In this document: piece by piece, positions 29,571 to 39,874 of the stretch | How the letters are laid out: every line of letters starts with the position of its first letter | Numbering within the stretch: position 1 is the first letter of the stretch | Assembly: GCA_045561915.1 (NCBI GenBank) | Contig: JBJKWV010000001.1 | Span: forward strand, 1,167 to 65,166 | DNA length: 64,000 nucleotides | Reading direction: 5' to 3' | From: Flavobacteriaceae bacterium | Lineage (GTDB): Bacteria > Bacteroidota > Bacteroidia > Flavobacteriales > Flavobacteriaceae | Made by a program: the position numbers and the translations under genes | The notes under the pieces: generated by a model | Seen by the model: the letters and a program-made list of their open reading frames with translations, nothing else | The model's database searches: none | Told to the model about the DNA's origin: nothing

Positions 29571-30518
29571 TTGGATTTATGGACATTAATCCAAATGCAA
29601 TCAATGAATAACAAGTTTGTTTACACTATTTCATTTATCATAATAATATTCATTCTAGGTTTTAATTCTATAGATTCAGAATTACTAACTTCTTTTAAAA
29701 ATTATGATAATGGCGACTCTTCAAAAGTATATGCACTAAAGCTGCCAGAGCTGATAGACTTTTGCGGTGAGCAATCACCTTTAGACGCACCTGATATTAG
29801 AGAGCGTTTGGATAGAGAATTACTAGTTAATACCTATTGGCAATCAAATATGATGTTGCTTTTAAAGCGATCAAATAAGTGGTTTCCATTGATAGAATCA
29901 ATTTTAAAAGAAGAAGGTGTTCCCGAAGACTTTAAGTTTTTAGCGGTTATTGAAAGTGGTTTGGAAAACGTCCGCTCACCTAAAGGTGCAAAAGGATTTT
30001 GGCAACTAATGCCTGGAACGGCAAAAGAATATGGTTTGGAGGTCAATAATAATGTTGATGAGCGTTATCATATTGAAAAATCAACTAGGGTCGCATGTAA
30101 ATACTTACTAAAAGCTAAAGAGCGTTTTGGAACTTGGACCTTAGCTGCGGCTTCATATAACAGAGGAATGCTTGGAATTGATAGGCTTTTAAAAAAACAA
30201 TTAGTTGATAATTATTATGATTTGTTATTGAATAAAGAAACAAGTAGATATATATTTCGAATATTGGCAGTAAAAGAAATTATGTCTAATCCTATTCGCT
30301 ACGGTTATATTTTTGAAGAAAGTGATTTATATCGATTCATCCCCACAAAGAAAATAGGAATAGATATTCCCATCATAAATATTGCTGAATTTGCAAAAAA
30401 AAATGATATAAATTATAAGCTTTTAAAGCTTCATAACCCTTGGTTAATTCAAAACCATCTAAATAATAATTCAAGGAAGTATTATGAAATAGCGATTCCT
30501 GAAACAGGATATTATTAG
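29571..30518 (+). CDS. Membrane-anchored lytic transglycosylase (SLT domain)
   Basis: SLT catalytic block AVIESGLENVRSPKGAKGFWQLMPGTAKEYGL..AASYNRG. The track start is a TTG. ATG codons at 29595 or 29604 (MNNKFVYTISFIIIIFIL is the TM anchor) are equally plausible starts. Confidence 0.75.
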   Translation: MDLWTLIQMQSMNNKFVYTISFIIIIFILGFNSIDSELLTSFKNYDNGDSSKVYALKLPELIDFCGEQSPLDAPDIRERLDRELLVNTYWQSNMMLLLKRSNKWFPLIESILKEEGVPEDFKFLAVIESGLENVRSPKGAKGFWQLMPGTAKEYGLEVNNNVDERYHIEKSTRVACKYLLKAKERFGTWTLAAASYNRGMLGIDRLLKKQLVDNYYDLLLNKETSRYIFRILAVKEIMSNPIRYGYIFEESDLYRFIPTKKIGIDIPIINIAEFAKKNDINYKLLKLHNPWLIQNHLNNNSRKYYEIAIPETGYY

Positions 30519-31030
30519 ATTCTTTTCATTTGCTGTTGAATCATCTTCATTTGACTAGTCAGCATGCCGTGCTTGTCAAGTTTTTTCGCCTCTGTTAGTA
30601 ATTTTTGTGCTTCACGTTTCCTTCTTTTTTGGAGATAAATGCCTGCCAAACTCATTTTAGCCATTGCGAGATCATGATTCATTGATAGGCCCAAATTTAA
30701 AGCAGTTTTAAAGTATTTTTCAGCTTGTGTAAGGTTTTTTTGAGAATGAATAATTCCTAAAAGGTAATTGTAATAACCTTGTTGTTTTCTGACTAAATTA
30801 CTTTCAACATTTGAAATTCGCATTAACCATTTTTCAGTTCCCTCGAAATCTTGTTTCCTTAACCTTAAAAATGCAAGAAAGATTAATTCGTTTTTGAAAT
30901 ACAGAAGAATAAACATTGAAGCGATCAGTAACATAAGAATTCCATTCCCTATGTAATCATCAACAAATTGATAAACCCCATAGCAAAATGTTAAAACAGC
31001 TAGTATTAATTTTATGACCTTAGGAAACAT
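30515..31030 (-). CDS. Membrane protein with two N-terminal TM helices and TPR-like C-terminal region
   Basis: I start it at the ATG at 31030 (MFPKVIKLILAVLTF..). The longer track version adds 17 hydrophobic residues with no support. The TPR-like helices are ..YYNYLLGIIHSQKNLTQAEKYFKTALNLG... Confidence 0.5.
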   Translation of the reverse strand: MFPKVIKLILAVLTFCYGVYQFVDDYIGNGILMLLIASMFILLYFKNELIFLAFLRLRKQDFEGTEKWLMRISNVESNLVRKQQGYYNYLLGIIHSQKNLTQAEKYFKTALNLGLSMNHDLAMAKMSLAGIYLQKRRKREAQKLLTEAKKLDKHGMLTSQMKMIQQQMKRI

Positions 31031-31082
31031 TATTTTTTTTTCAAAGGTAAAAAAAATCATTAGTGAAATGTTAATAATCAAG

Positions 31083-31113
31083 TTTGATAGACAAAAAAGT
31101 TATCGTATATTTG
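31083..31113 (+). promoter_or_regulatory. Bacteroidota-type promoter for rpmH (-33 TTTG / -7 TATATTTG)
   Basis: TTTG at 31083..31086, a 19-nt spacer, then TATATTTG at 31106..31113. The ATG is 40 nt downstream. This is the best match to the TTTG-N19-TAnnTTTG consensus in the window. Confidence 0.55.
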
Positions 31114-31152
31114 GCCGACTTAAATTATTGCTTCATATAAGTCATATATATT

Positions 31153-31311
31153 ATGAAAAGAACATTTCAGCCATCAAAGAGAAAAAGACGAAACAAGCAC
31201 GGTTTTAGAGAAAGAATGTCATCTGCTAATGGAAGAAAAGTTCTCGCTGCTCGACGTGCCAAAGGAAGAAAAAAGGTTTCTGTTTCATCAGAACCACGAC
31301 ACAAAAAATAA
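31153..31311 (+). CDS. rpmH: 50S ribosomal protein L34 (absent from the ORF track, 52 aa)
   Basis: My translation is [52 protein letters not shown]. The [15 protein letters not shown] motif is the L34 signature. Confidence 0.92.
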   Translation: MKRTFQPSKRKRRNKHGFRERMSSANGRKVLAARRAKGRKKVSVSSEPRHKK

Positions 31312-31331
31312 TGATCAAATCAACCCATATT

Positions 31332-31368
31332 AAAGGTGTTACTTTTTTAGGAGTAACACCTTTTTTTT
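31332..31368 (+). terminator. Intrinsic terminator after rpmH
   Basis: AAAGGTGTTACT-tttttagg-AGTAACACCTTT followed by a T-run, starting 21 nt after the rpmH stop. Confidence 0.8.
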
Positions 31369-31393
31369 ATATTAGAAAAATATATTTATTACA

Positions 31394-34243
31394 ATGCCAA
31401 AAGTAAAATCAATCAAAAGTATTCTAGTAATAGGTTCAGGACCCATCATTATTGGACAAGCATGTGAATTTGATTATTCTGGTACTCAGGCACTCCGTTC
31501 ATTAAGGGAGGATGGAATAGAAACAATTCTTATTAACTCTAATCCTGCAACTATAATGACAGATCCAACCATGGCTGATCATGTATATTTAAAACCACTA
31601 AATACAAAGTCAATCATAGAAATTTTAAAAAAACATAAGATAGATGCAGTGTTACCTACTATGGGAGGGCAAACTGCTCTTAATCTATGTATTGAAGCTG
31701 ATGAAAAAGGAATTTGGGAAGATTTTGGAATTGAAATTATTGGAGTAGACATTGATGCTATACAAATAACAGAGGACCGCGAACGCTTCAGAGAATTAAT
31801 GTTAAAAATAGGAATTGATATGGCCCCTCAGGCTACAGCAAACTCCTATCTTAAAGGACAAGAAATTGCTCAAGAATTTGGCTTTCCATTGGTGATTAGA
31901 GCATCTTATACTCTTGGAGGTGCAGGTGCGTCATTTGTTCATAGGGCAGAAGAATTTGATGAGTTGTTAACGCGAGGGTTAGAGATTTCTCCAATCCATG
32001 AAGTTATGATTGATAAGGCTTTAATTGGTTGGAAAGAATATGAGTTAGAGCTCCTACGTGATAAAAATGATAATGTTGTAATTATTTGTACAATTGAAAA
32101 TATGGATCCCATGGGTATTCATACAGGTGATTCGATAACTGTAGCACCAGCTATGACATTATCAGATAAAACGTTTCAGCGTATGCGCGATATGGCAATT
32201 CATATGATGAGAAGTATAGGAGATTTTGCAGGGGGATGTAATGTTCAATTTGCGGTCAGCCCAGATGAAAATGAAGATATCATAGCTATTGAAATTAATC
32301 CAAGAGTGTCGCGTTCTTCTGCTTTGGCCTCAAAGGCAACTGGATACCCTATTGCAAAGATTGCTGCTAAACTAGCCATAGGATATTCATTAGATGAACT
32401 TCAAAATCAAATTACAAAATCAACTTCTGCACTTTTTGAACCAACTTTAGATTATGTTATTGTTAAAGTACCCCGTTGGAATTTCGATAAATTTGAAGGC
32501 TCTAATCGAACTTTAGGACTTCAGATGAAGTCTGTTGGCGAGGTTATGGGAATCGGGAGATCTTTTCAAGAAGCCCTTCACAAAGCTACCCAATCTCTAG
32601 AGGTAAAACGAAATGGACTAGGAGCTGACGGGAAAGGATATTCAGATTATGACACCATTGTAAGTAAATTATCTATAGCAAGCTGGGATAGAGTTTTTGT
32701 CATTTATGATGCTATTCAGATAGGTATTCCTTTATCAAGAATTCATGAAATCACAAAAATTGATATGTGGTTTTTAAAACAGTACGAAGAGTTAAATTTA
32801 TTAGAGAAAGAGATTTCTAATTTTAATATTCAAACAATTGATGAAGCTTTACTTCTAGAAGCCAAACAAAAAGGTTTTGCTGATAGACAAGTGGCTCACA
32901 TGCTAAAGTGCCTAGAGAGTGAAGTTCACACCAAGCGAGTTGAGATGGGGATTCAAAGGGTATATAAGTTAGTTGACACTTGTGCTGCAGAATTCGAGGC
33001 TAAAACACCATACTATTATTCTACATTTGAAGCTAAGTTAAAACATAAGGAAGGTATACCTTATTGTGACAATGAAAGTAAAGTTTCAGACCGAAAAAAA
33101 ATTGTAGTACTTGGATCTGGACCTAATCGGATAGGCCAAGGAATTGAGTTTGATTATTGTTGTGTTCACGGTGTTCTAGCAGCCAGCGAATGTAATTACG
33201 AAACTATTATGATCAATTGTAATCCAGAGACAGTTTCTACTGACTTTGATGTTGCAGATAAACTATATTTTGAACCTGTTTTTTGGGAACACATTTACGA
33301 TATAATTCAACACGAAAAACCAGAAGGTGTTATTGTTCAATTAGGGGGACAGACTGCATTAAAGCTAGCAGAAAAATTAGATAGGTATGGTGTAAATATT
33401 ATTGGTACTAGTTATCAATCACTAGATCTAGCAGAAGACCGAGGGAGTTTTTCTACTTTATTAAAAGATAATGATATCCCTTATCCTGAGTTTGGTGTAG
33501 CTCAGACTGCTGATCAAGCATCTATTTTAGCTGATGAATTAGATTTCCCCATTTTGGTTAGACCTTCTTATGTATTGGGTGGACAAGGAATGAAAATTGT
33601 AATCAACAAAGAAGACTTAGAAGCACATGTAGTAGATTTACTTCAAAAAATCCCTAACAACAAGTTATTGCTTGATCACTACCTTGACGGTGCCATTGAA
33701 TGTGAAGCTGATGCAATTTGCGATGGAGAAAATGTTCAAATTATTGGAATTATGGAGCATATAGAACCTTGTGGTATTCATTCTGGAGATTCTAATGCGA
33801 CACTTCCTGTTTTTAATCTCGGAGAGTATGTAGTTCAACAAATTAAAGATCACACCAACAAAATTGCTTTAGCTCTAAATACAGTAGGGCTAATAAATAT
33901 ACAATATGCTGTGAAAAATGATAAGGTTTACGTAATTGAAGCCAACCCCCGGGCTTCAAGAACAGTTCCATTCATAGCCAAGGCATATAAGGAACCTTAC
34001 GTAAATTATGCCACAAAAGTTATGCTTGGTAAAAATAAAGTAACTGATTTTAAATTTAATCCTAAATTAGATGGTTATGCTATCAAGCAGCCTGTATTTT
34101 CGTTTAATAAATTCCCAAATGTTAATAAGCAATTAGGGCCAGAAATGAAAAGTACAGGTGAAAGTATTCTTTTTATAAATAGCTTGAAGGATGACGAGTT
34201 TTATGATTTATACGCTAGACGCAAAATGTATTTAACTAAATAG
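31394..34243 (+). CDS. carB: Carbamoyl-phosphate synthase large subunit
   Basis: 949 aa with duplicated ATP-grasp halves (..VIGSGPIIIGQACEFDYSGTQA.. and ..VLGSGPNRIGQGIEFDYCCVH..) and an oligomerisation domain between them. It is shorter than the E. coli protein at the C-terminus. Confidence 0.93.
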   Translation: MPKVKSIKSILVIGSGPIIIGQACEFDYSGTQALRSLREDGIETILINSNPATIMTDPTMADHVYLKPLNTKSIIEILKKHKIDAVLPTMGGQTALNLCIEADEKGIWEDFGIEIIGVDIDAIQITEDRERFRELMLKIGIDMAPQATANSYLKGQEIAQEFGFPLVIRASYTLGGAGASFVHRAEEFDELLTRGLEISPIHEVMIDKALIGWKEYELELLRDKNDNVVIICTIENMDPMGIHTGDSITVAPAMTLSDKTFQRMRDMAIHMMRSIGDFAGGCNVQFAVSPDENEDIIAIEINPRVSRSSALASKATGYPIAKIAAKLAIGYSLDELQNQITKSTSALFEPTLDYVIVKVPRWNFDKFEGSNRTLGLQMKSVGEVMGIGRSFQEALHKATQSLEVKRNGLGADGKGYSDYDTIVSKLSIASWDRVFVIYDAIQIGIPLSRIHEITKIDMWFLKQYEELNLLEKEISNFNIQTIDEALLLEAKQKGFADRQVAHMLKCLESEVHTKRVEMGIQRVYKLVDTCAAEFEAKTPYYYSTFEAKLKHKEGIPYCDNESKVSDRKKIVVLGSGPNRIGQGIEFDYCCVHGVLAASECNYETIMINCNPETVSTDFDVADKLYFEPVFWEHIYDIIQHEKPEGVIVQLGGQTALKLAEKLDRYGVNIIGTSYQSLDLAEDRGSFSTLLKDNDIPYPEFGVAQTADQASILADELDFPILVRPSYVLGGQGMKIVINKEDLEAHVVDLLQKIPNNKLLLDHYLDGAIECEADAICDGENVQIIGIMEHIEPCGIHSGDSNATLPVFNLGEYVVQQIKDHTNKIALALNTVGLINIQYAVKNDKVYVIEANPRASRTVPFIAKAYKEPYVNYATKVMLGKNKVTDFKFNPKLDGYAIKQPVFSFNKFPNVNKQLGPEMKSTGESILFINSLKDDEFYDLYARRKMYLTK

Positions 34244-34247
34244 TGAA

Positions 34248-34739
34248 ATGGAGACTAATAAAAATGAAATGACAACCATTTTGGGTCTAGTAATTCTAGC
34301 TGCTTTTACTCGGTTATTACCGCACCCTCCTAATTTTGCTCCAATTACCGGTATTGCTCTTTTCACTGGCTTTCACTTTATAAACAAACGTTTGGCAATG
34401 TTTGTTCCATTGGCATGTATGTTTTTTACTGATCTTTATATAGGTTTTCATTCTTTGATGCCAGTGATTTACTCTGCCTTTGCTTTTATTTCTTTCATTG
34501 GATTTAAATCTAAATCATTATCTTTTTTTACAGTTTTTGGAGCATCAATATCCTTTTTTTTAATTAGTAATTTTGGAGTTTGGTATTTTAATTATCCTCA
34601 TAATTGGGGTGGATTTGTAAGCTGTTTTATGCTTGCCTTACCATTTTTCATAAACTCTCTTGCTGGAGATTTATTTTATACTTCTGTCCTTCAATTTTCG
34701 TATAAAAAACTAAATAAAGCTTTATATAAAACAGTTTAA
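34248..34739 (+). CDS. Small multi-pass membrane protein (DUF6580-like; tentative)
   Basis: 163 aa with 5 predicted TM helices and an N-terminal ..RLLPHPPNFAPITGIALF.. block that I associate with DUF6580. The family call is from memory only. Confidence 0.5.
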   Translation: METNKNEMTTILGLVILAAFTRLLPHPPNFAPITGIALFTGFHFINKRLAMFVPLACMFFTDLYIGFHSLMPVIYSAFAFISFIGFKSKSLSFFTVFGASISFFLISNFGVWYFNYPHNWGGFVSCFMLALPFFINSLAGDLFYTSVLQFSYKKLNKALYKTV

Positions 34740-34754
34740 TTTATTAGTTTTATA

Positions 34755-34930
34755 AAAAGAAGGTTCTTTGTAAGAAAAGATCAAAAGGGAACTTGGTTGG
34801 AATCCAAGACTGTACCCGCAACTGTATACTGAGTCTTAATAAAGATACTTTAATCAGAACTTGTGCCACTGTCAAATTTTGATGGGAAGGTTGATTAAAG
34901 ATGTAAGTCAGGAGACCTGCCTTTTAGAAA
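34755..34930 (+). promoter_or_regulatory. Cobalamin (B12) riboswitch
   Basis: All conserved blocks are present in order: AAAGGGAA, GGTTGGAATCC, ACTGTACCCGCAACTGTA, GTGCCACTG, ATGGGAAGG, and the B12 box AGTCAGGAGACCTGCC (34906..34921). It sits directly upstream of a BtuB-sized TonB-dependent receptor. The outer boundaries are approximate. Confidence 0.9.
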
Positions 34931-34978
34931 TCCGTTTTTGACTTCGGGGATAAAGTTTAAAGACATGTTTTAATACAA

Positions 34979-36841
34979 ATGAATCCATTTTTTAAACTTT
35001 GGTGCTACATACCATTAATTACATACGCTCTTACGGCTCAGGAAAATCTTATAAAAGATAGTCTGGATATTTCTAATCAAATAAATGATTTAGATGAGAT
35101 TGTACTCATTGATTCTCGCTTTCCATTAAAACGTTCTGAGTCTGGTAAAAATATTATCAAAATTACTCAAGCTACAATAGATAACTTTCAAGGGTTAGGT
35201 TTAAGTTCTCTTCTTAAACAGTATGCGGGTATTGAAATTTTAGGAAGCCAAACATATGCAGGTCAGAACAAAACTATCTCAATTAGAGGTGGAAGAAATC
35301 GCCAAGTTTTAATTTTAATAGACGGTATTAGGGTTTCAGATCCTTCAAGAATAGATAGTGATTTTAATTTAAATTTTCTTGATTTAGGTCAAATAGAATC
35401 TATCGAGATATTAAAAGGAGCATCTAGCACATTATATGGAAGCTCAGCTGCATCAGGTGTAATTAATATAAAAACTAAAAATTTAGATCCTGGGTTTAAT
35501 CTACGTTTTCAAAGTATTACAGGATCACAGAATAGTCAAAACACAATTAGAAAGTTTAATCTATTTAAAAATAATCTTCAAATTAGTGGAGGTGGAGAAA
35601 AATTTAAAATTAAAGGTTATGCAAATCATAATAGAACTACTGGTATGAGTGCTGTTATAGGAGATGAGTTCGATCCCTTTGATCAATTTAATTTTGGAGC
35701 ATCTATAAAATTTGAAAATATAAAAACTTTTAATATCAAGACGGGCTTTGACTTTTCTGATATCCAATCAGATTATGACAATAATTTTCCACTTGAAGAT
35801 GCACCATTCAAGCTTTCTACTCAAATGAACCGATTTCACTTAAATTCAAATTATAATTATAAAAATGGGGGACTGTCCCTAAGAATGGGTCACCAAAAAA
35901 CTAAAAGAGACTTTCAAAGTTCTTTTCCATTCCAAACAGATGCAGAAAACACTCAACTAGAGATTTTCAACAAGTATGTTTTTAAGGAAGAATTTTATAC
36001 AGTCGTAGGTGTTTTAATTCAGCAAAATTTTGCTGATTATGAAGGTGGTCAAAAAACAACACAAAATGATTTTTTTGGAAATTTTATAGCTAAATTTTCT
36101 GATGATTTTAGAATTAATCTGGGAGGAAGATGGAATAATAATTTTAATTATGGGAGTCAATTTACATACAGTATTAACCCTTCATGGAGACTCATAAATG
36201 GTAATGATTATTCATTAAAGATTCATTCTGCTCTGAGTACTGCATTCATAGCTCCAAGCCTATATCAGCTTTTTGATCCTTATTCTGGAAATATTGATTT
36301 AAAACCTGAGGAAAACAGTTCTTTTGAAGCAGGTTTAATTTTTAATAATAAAAAATGGAGTTTTTCTTCAAATTATTTTAGTCGTCTAGAAACTCCATCA
36401 TTAGTTTATGATTTAGTTACTTATAGATATGAAAATGCTTTTAAAGAAGCGAGATATTATGGTGTAGAGACTGTTTTTTCAGGGTTTATTAATTCCAAAA
36501 TATTTATTGATCAGCAGATTACTTTTACAGAGACAAATGATGGGGATTTACGTTATTTACCAAATTTTTCTTCACAAACTAATCTCTCGTATTCATTTTT
36601 AAAAAGTTGGAACGTTAATTTAACCATGCAACTTTTTGGAAAAAGATTTGGTTTGGACAATATTACTGTATTAGATGCATACAAGCTATTAAACCTAAAT
36701 ATTTCTCATCAACTTTTGAATATTCCATTAAAACTTTTTGTCCATGCAACTAACGTCTTAAATACTGATTATGTAGAAATCGATGGATATGCTACAAAAG
36801 GTAGAAATTTAATAGCTGGAATTAGCTATGAATTACCTTGA
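34979..36841 (+). CDS. btuB: TonB-dependent outer-membrane receptor, vitamin B12 (BtuB-like)
   Basis: 620 aa with a plug domain carrying a TonB box-like DEIVLIDSRF and ..ISIRGG..VLILIDGIRVSD... It has a 22-strand-sized barrel and a C-terminal ..RNLIAGISYELP. It is preceded by the cobalamin riboswitch. Confidence 0.8.
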   Translation: MNPFFKLWCYIPLITYALTAQENLIKDSLDISNQINDLDEIVLIDSRFPLKRSESGKNIIKITQATIDNFQGLGLSSLLKQYAGIEILGSQTYAGQNKTISIRGGRNRQVLILIDGIRVSDPSRIDSDFNLNFLDLGQIESIEILKGASSTLYGSSAASGVINIKTKNLDPGFNLRFQSITGSQNSQNTIRKFNLFKNNLQISGGGEKFKIKGYANHNRTTGMSAVIGDEFDPFDQFNFGASIKFENIKTFNIKTGFDFSDIQSDYDNNFPLEDAPFKLSTQMNRFHLNSNYNYKNGGLSLRMGHQKTKRDFQSSFPFQTDAENTQLEIFNKYVFKEEFYTVVGVLIQQNFADYEGGQKTTQNDFFGNFIAKFSDDFRINLGGRWNNNFNYGSQFTYSINPSWRLINGNDYSLKIHSALSTAFIAPSLYQLFDPYSGNIDLKPEENSSFEAGLIFNNKKWSFSSNYFSRLETPSLVYDLVTYRYENAFKEARYYGVETVFSGFINSKIFIDQQITFTETNDGDLRYLPNFSSQTNLSYSFLKSWNVNLTMQLFGKRFGLDNITVLDAYKLLNLNISHQLLNIPLKLFVHATNVLNTDYVEIDGYATKGRNLIAGISYELP

Positions 36842-38344
36842 TTTTGACAGAACTTCTTTTTTTTCAATTATCATTTGCTGACGACTAAGCAATAAGGGAT
36901 CTTTTACTAAAAGAGCTCTTGACATTTTTGCTTTAGGTAAATTTCTTTTTCCAGTGCCAGTTATAATACCGATAACAGCTTTAAGCAATCGTTCATTAGA
37001 ATCACCTAAAATTCCCAAGTCTTTTATATCTTCTTCAATGTCAGTATCAGGTAAAAGTCCATCAGAATAATCTGCAAAACCGTCATTATTAGCAATCTTA
37101 AGAACAATTGGCTGCATTGCATAAGTATGTTCTGGATTTTTGGTTTGTTCATTATCGATATAGTCATAAACTGTAATAGATCCAACATTTTTTCCAACGG
37201 TTCGCTCCCCAACTTGGATTACATCAATATATGAATCTAATCCATTGATAAGTAATTCACTTGCTGAGGCTGACTCAGAGGTAGTTATGATAAAAACACG
37301 ATTTAAGTTTAAAGAGCTAATTTGTTCACCATTGGAAAGTTGCGAAGTAAATCGATTGATCAAACTTTCTTTTCCAAACCGTTCACGTAAATATTTAAGT
37401 AGCTTATTGTTCCATTGTTCTTCAGCAAATATTTCTGAAGTAAATTGTCCAGTGATCATACTAGCTAATTCCACACAGTTTTGTACAGAACCACCCCCAT
37501 TATATCTTAAGTCTATAATAAGATCTGAAATTCCTTCAGCTTTAAATTCTGCAAATACTTTATTAAGTTCATTACTTTTATCTGCAACAAATTGATTATA
37601 CATTATATAACCTACAATGCCAGTATAACCGTCTGTTTCGTTATTCAAGGTGATACTTTTGCTAATTTGAATAGGATTTGTTTCAAAATTTTCTTCCTTA
37701 GTTAATTCAACATTAATACCATTACTAGCTAAAGCACCATTTTTTGCTGAGGCCATATTAAGTGTATAGGTTAGGTTATCACCAAAAAGCAGTGATCTAT
37801 AATTACTAGCTGTTAAGATTTTTTGATTAACTCCTGTGAAAAAATCTCCCCTTTGAATATTTTTATTTTCCGCATCTGAGCCCTCCAAAATATATTTTAC
37901 AAAACCTACTAACTCGTTACAGTTCTGGCATGCATATAATAAACCAAACTCTACTCCATTTGACGCAATGATACCTTGTAGTGAATTTTCCAATACTTTA
38001 TAATCATCTTGAATCCAGCTAAAACGATCATTAGGGTATTTTAGCGTTTCAAAAAAAGATTCTGCATCTGGATTTTCACTAATGTATTGGCCATATGACT
38101 TTTGATCAAGTAATTTTTCATCTGAAAGATCATCTACATCTTCCTGCCAGTAATAAAATTCATTTAACCCTTTCCAAACAAAATCACTAATCTGTAGTTC
38201 GCCTAATAAACTAACAGCGATATCATCACTGTCTAGATTTGAGCCAATAAGCTTTTCCTCAACTGTATCTTTTGAACAACCTGTTACTATAAAGTGTGCT
38301 ATAAGTAGAGTGGCAAAAGTATTTTTACTAATAAAATACTTCAT
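36833..38344 (-). CDS. S41-family (tail-specific/C-terminal processing-like) peptidase, lipoprotein
   Basis: 503 aa with lipobox (VTGCS). S41 blocks are IIDLRYNGGGSV and ..TSESASASELLINGL.. with VGERTVGKN. Confidence 0.75.
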   Translation of the reverse strand: MKYFISKNTFATLLIAHFIVTGCSKDTVEEKLIGSNLDSDDIAVSLLGELQISDFVWKGLNEFYYWQEDVDDLSDEKLLDQKSYGQYISENPDAESFFETLKYPNDRFSWIQDDYKVLENSLQGIIASNGVEFGLLYACQNCNELVGFVKYILEGSDAENKNIQRGDFFTGVNQKILTASNYRSLLFGDNLTYTLNMASAKNGALASNGINVELTKEENFETNPIQISKSITLNNETDGYTGIVGYIMYNQFVADKSNELNKVFAEFKAEGISDLIIDLRYNGGGSVQNCVELASMITGQFTSEIFAEEQWNNKLLKYLRERFGKESLINRFTSQLSNGEQISSLNLNRVFIITTSESASASELLINGLDSYIDVIQVGERTVGKNVGSITVYDYIDNEQTKNPEHTYAMQPIVLKIANNDGFADYSDGLLPDTDIEEDIKDLGILGDSNERLLKAVIGIITGTGKRNLPKAKMSRALLVKDPLLLSRQQMIIEKKEVLSKSR

Positions 38345-38421
38345 AATATATTTGAATTATTATCCATTCAAAGTTAAATAAATAGAGGGAATAAATAGTA
38401 ATTTTAAAAATTCCATAGGAT

Positions 38422-39765
38422 TTATATTCCTGTATAATTAAATGGTGTAATAGTTTTAAGTTTTGTCTTTATATCTTCTTTAACATCGAGTTTATCGATA
38501 AATTGTTGAATTACATCATGATTAATGGAATCATTTGTTCTGGTGAGTTCTTTTAATGCCTCATAGGGATTAGGATACCCTTCTTTTCTTAAAATAGTTT
38601 GAATTGCTTCAGTAATTACCGCCCAATTGTTGTTCAAGTCATATTCGATTTTAGAGGTGTTAACCACTAACTTATTTAAACCTTTTAAAGTAGCCTTGAT
38701 ACCAATCAATGTGTGACCAAATGGAACTCCAATATTCCTTAAAACTGTACTATCAGTCAAATCGCGTTGAAGACGAGAAACTGGTAATTTAACAGCGAAA
38801 AATTCAAAAATTGTATTTGCGAGTGCAAGATTACCCTCAGAGTTTTCAAAATCTATTGGATTCACTTTATGAGGCATAGCTGAAGATCCTATTTCATTGT
38901 CATTAATCTTTTGTTTAAAATAATCCATAGAGATGTATTGCCATATATCTCTATTTAAATCAATAATTATTGTATTAATTCTCTTAAGGTTGTCACACAG
39001 GGCAGCAAAGGAATCATAATGTTCAATTTGAGTTGTTGGAAATGAAAAATTTAAGCCCAAAGTTTTTTCAACGAATTTACTCCCGAAGTATTTCCAATCT
39101 ATGTTTGGGTATGCAATATGGTGGGCATTAAAGTTTCCTGTTGCTCCAGAAAATTTAGCCCCATATGGAATTTGAATTAGTGTTTTCATTTGAGCTTCAA
39201 TTCTCTTTAAAAAAACGTTTACTTCTTTACCCAGTCGAGTAGGAGATGCAGGTTGACCGTGTGTCCTTGCTAATAGCGGGATGTCCTTATATTCTTCAAC
39301 AAGCATTTTAAGCTTATTAATTAATTCCTCCAGGGATGGTAAATATATATCTTGCGTGGCGTTTTTTATAGAAAGAGGAATTGCAGTATTGTTAATGTCC
39401 TGGGATGTTAATCCAAAATGAATAAACTCTTTGTAAGCTTGTAATTCTAATTTATCAAACTCTTTTTTGAGATAATATTCTACTGCTTTAACATCATGAT
39501 TTGTTATAATCTCTATCTCTTTTACTTCTAGTGCATCTTCCGAAGAGAAATGTTGATAAATGCTGCGGAGTTCACTGAAAAGAGATTTATTGAATCCCTC
39601 AAGCTCAGGCAATGGTAATTCACAGAGACTAATAAAGTATTCAATTTCAACCTTTATTCTATACTTTATTAATGCTTCCTCGGAAAAATAATTTGAAAGC
39701 GGTTTTGTTTTAGATCTATAACGACCATCTATAGGTGAAATAGCGTTAAGCGCTGTAAGAAGCAT
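38422..39765 (-). CDS. purB: Adenylosuccinate lyase
   Basis: The fumarate-lyase signature GSSAMPHKVNP is present. The N-terminus MLLTALNAISPIDGRYRSKT matches the usual PurB start, so I prefer the ATG at 39765 over the track's 39795. Confidence 0.92.
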   Translation of the reverse strand: MLLTALNAISPIDGRYRSKTKPLSNYFSEEALIKYRIKVEIEYFISLCELPLPELEGFNKSLFSELRSIYQHFSSEDALEVKEIEIITNHDVKAVEYYLKKEFDKLELQAYKEFIHFGLTSQDINNTAIPLSIKNATQDIYLPSLEELINKLKMLVEEYKDIPLLARTHGQPASPTRLGKEVNVFLKRIEAQMKTLIQIPYGAKFSGATGNFNAHHIAYPNIDWKYFGSKFVEKTLGLNFSFPTTQIEHYDSFAALCDNLKRINTIIIDLNRDIWQYISMDYFKQKINDNEIGSSAMPHKVNPIDFENSEGNLALANTIFEFFAVKLPVSRLQRDLTDSTVLRNIGVPFGHTLIGIKATLKGLNKLVVNTSKIEYDLNNNWAVITEAIQTILRKEGYPNPYEALKELTRTNDSINHDVIQQFIDKLDVKEDIKTKLKTITPFNYTGI

Positions 39766-39874
39766 AATAATTATGTTAGTGCTGCAAAGATACAAGTTAA
39801 ATTAGCAACGTTTAAATGATTGTTATGATTTTTAAATACTATGGATTATTAAAGAGTATTATGGATAAATCTAT

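Noticed and set aside
31014-31208. 64-aa plus-strand ORF in the track
   Set aside because: It overlaps the start of the TPR-like gene on the other strand and the first third of rpmH in a different frame. The L34 reading frame (31153..31311) explains the region.
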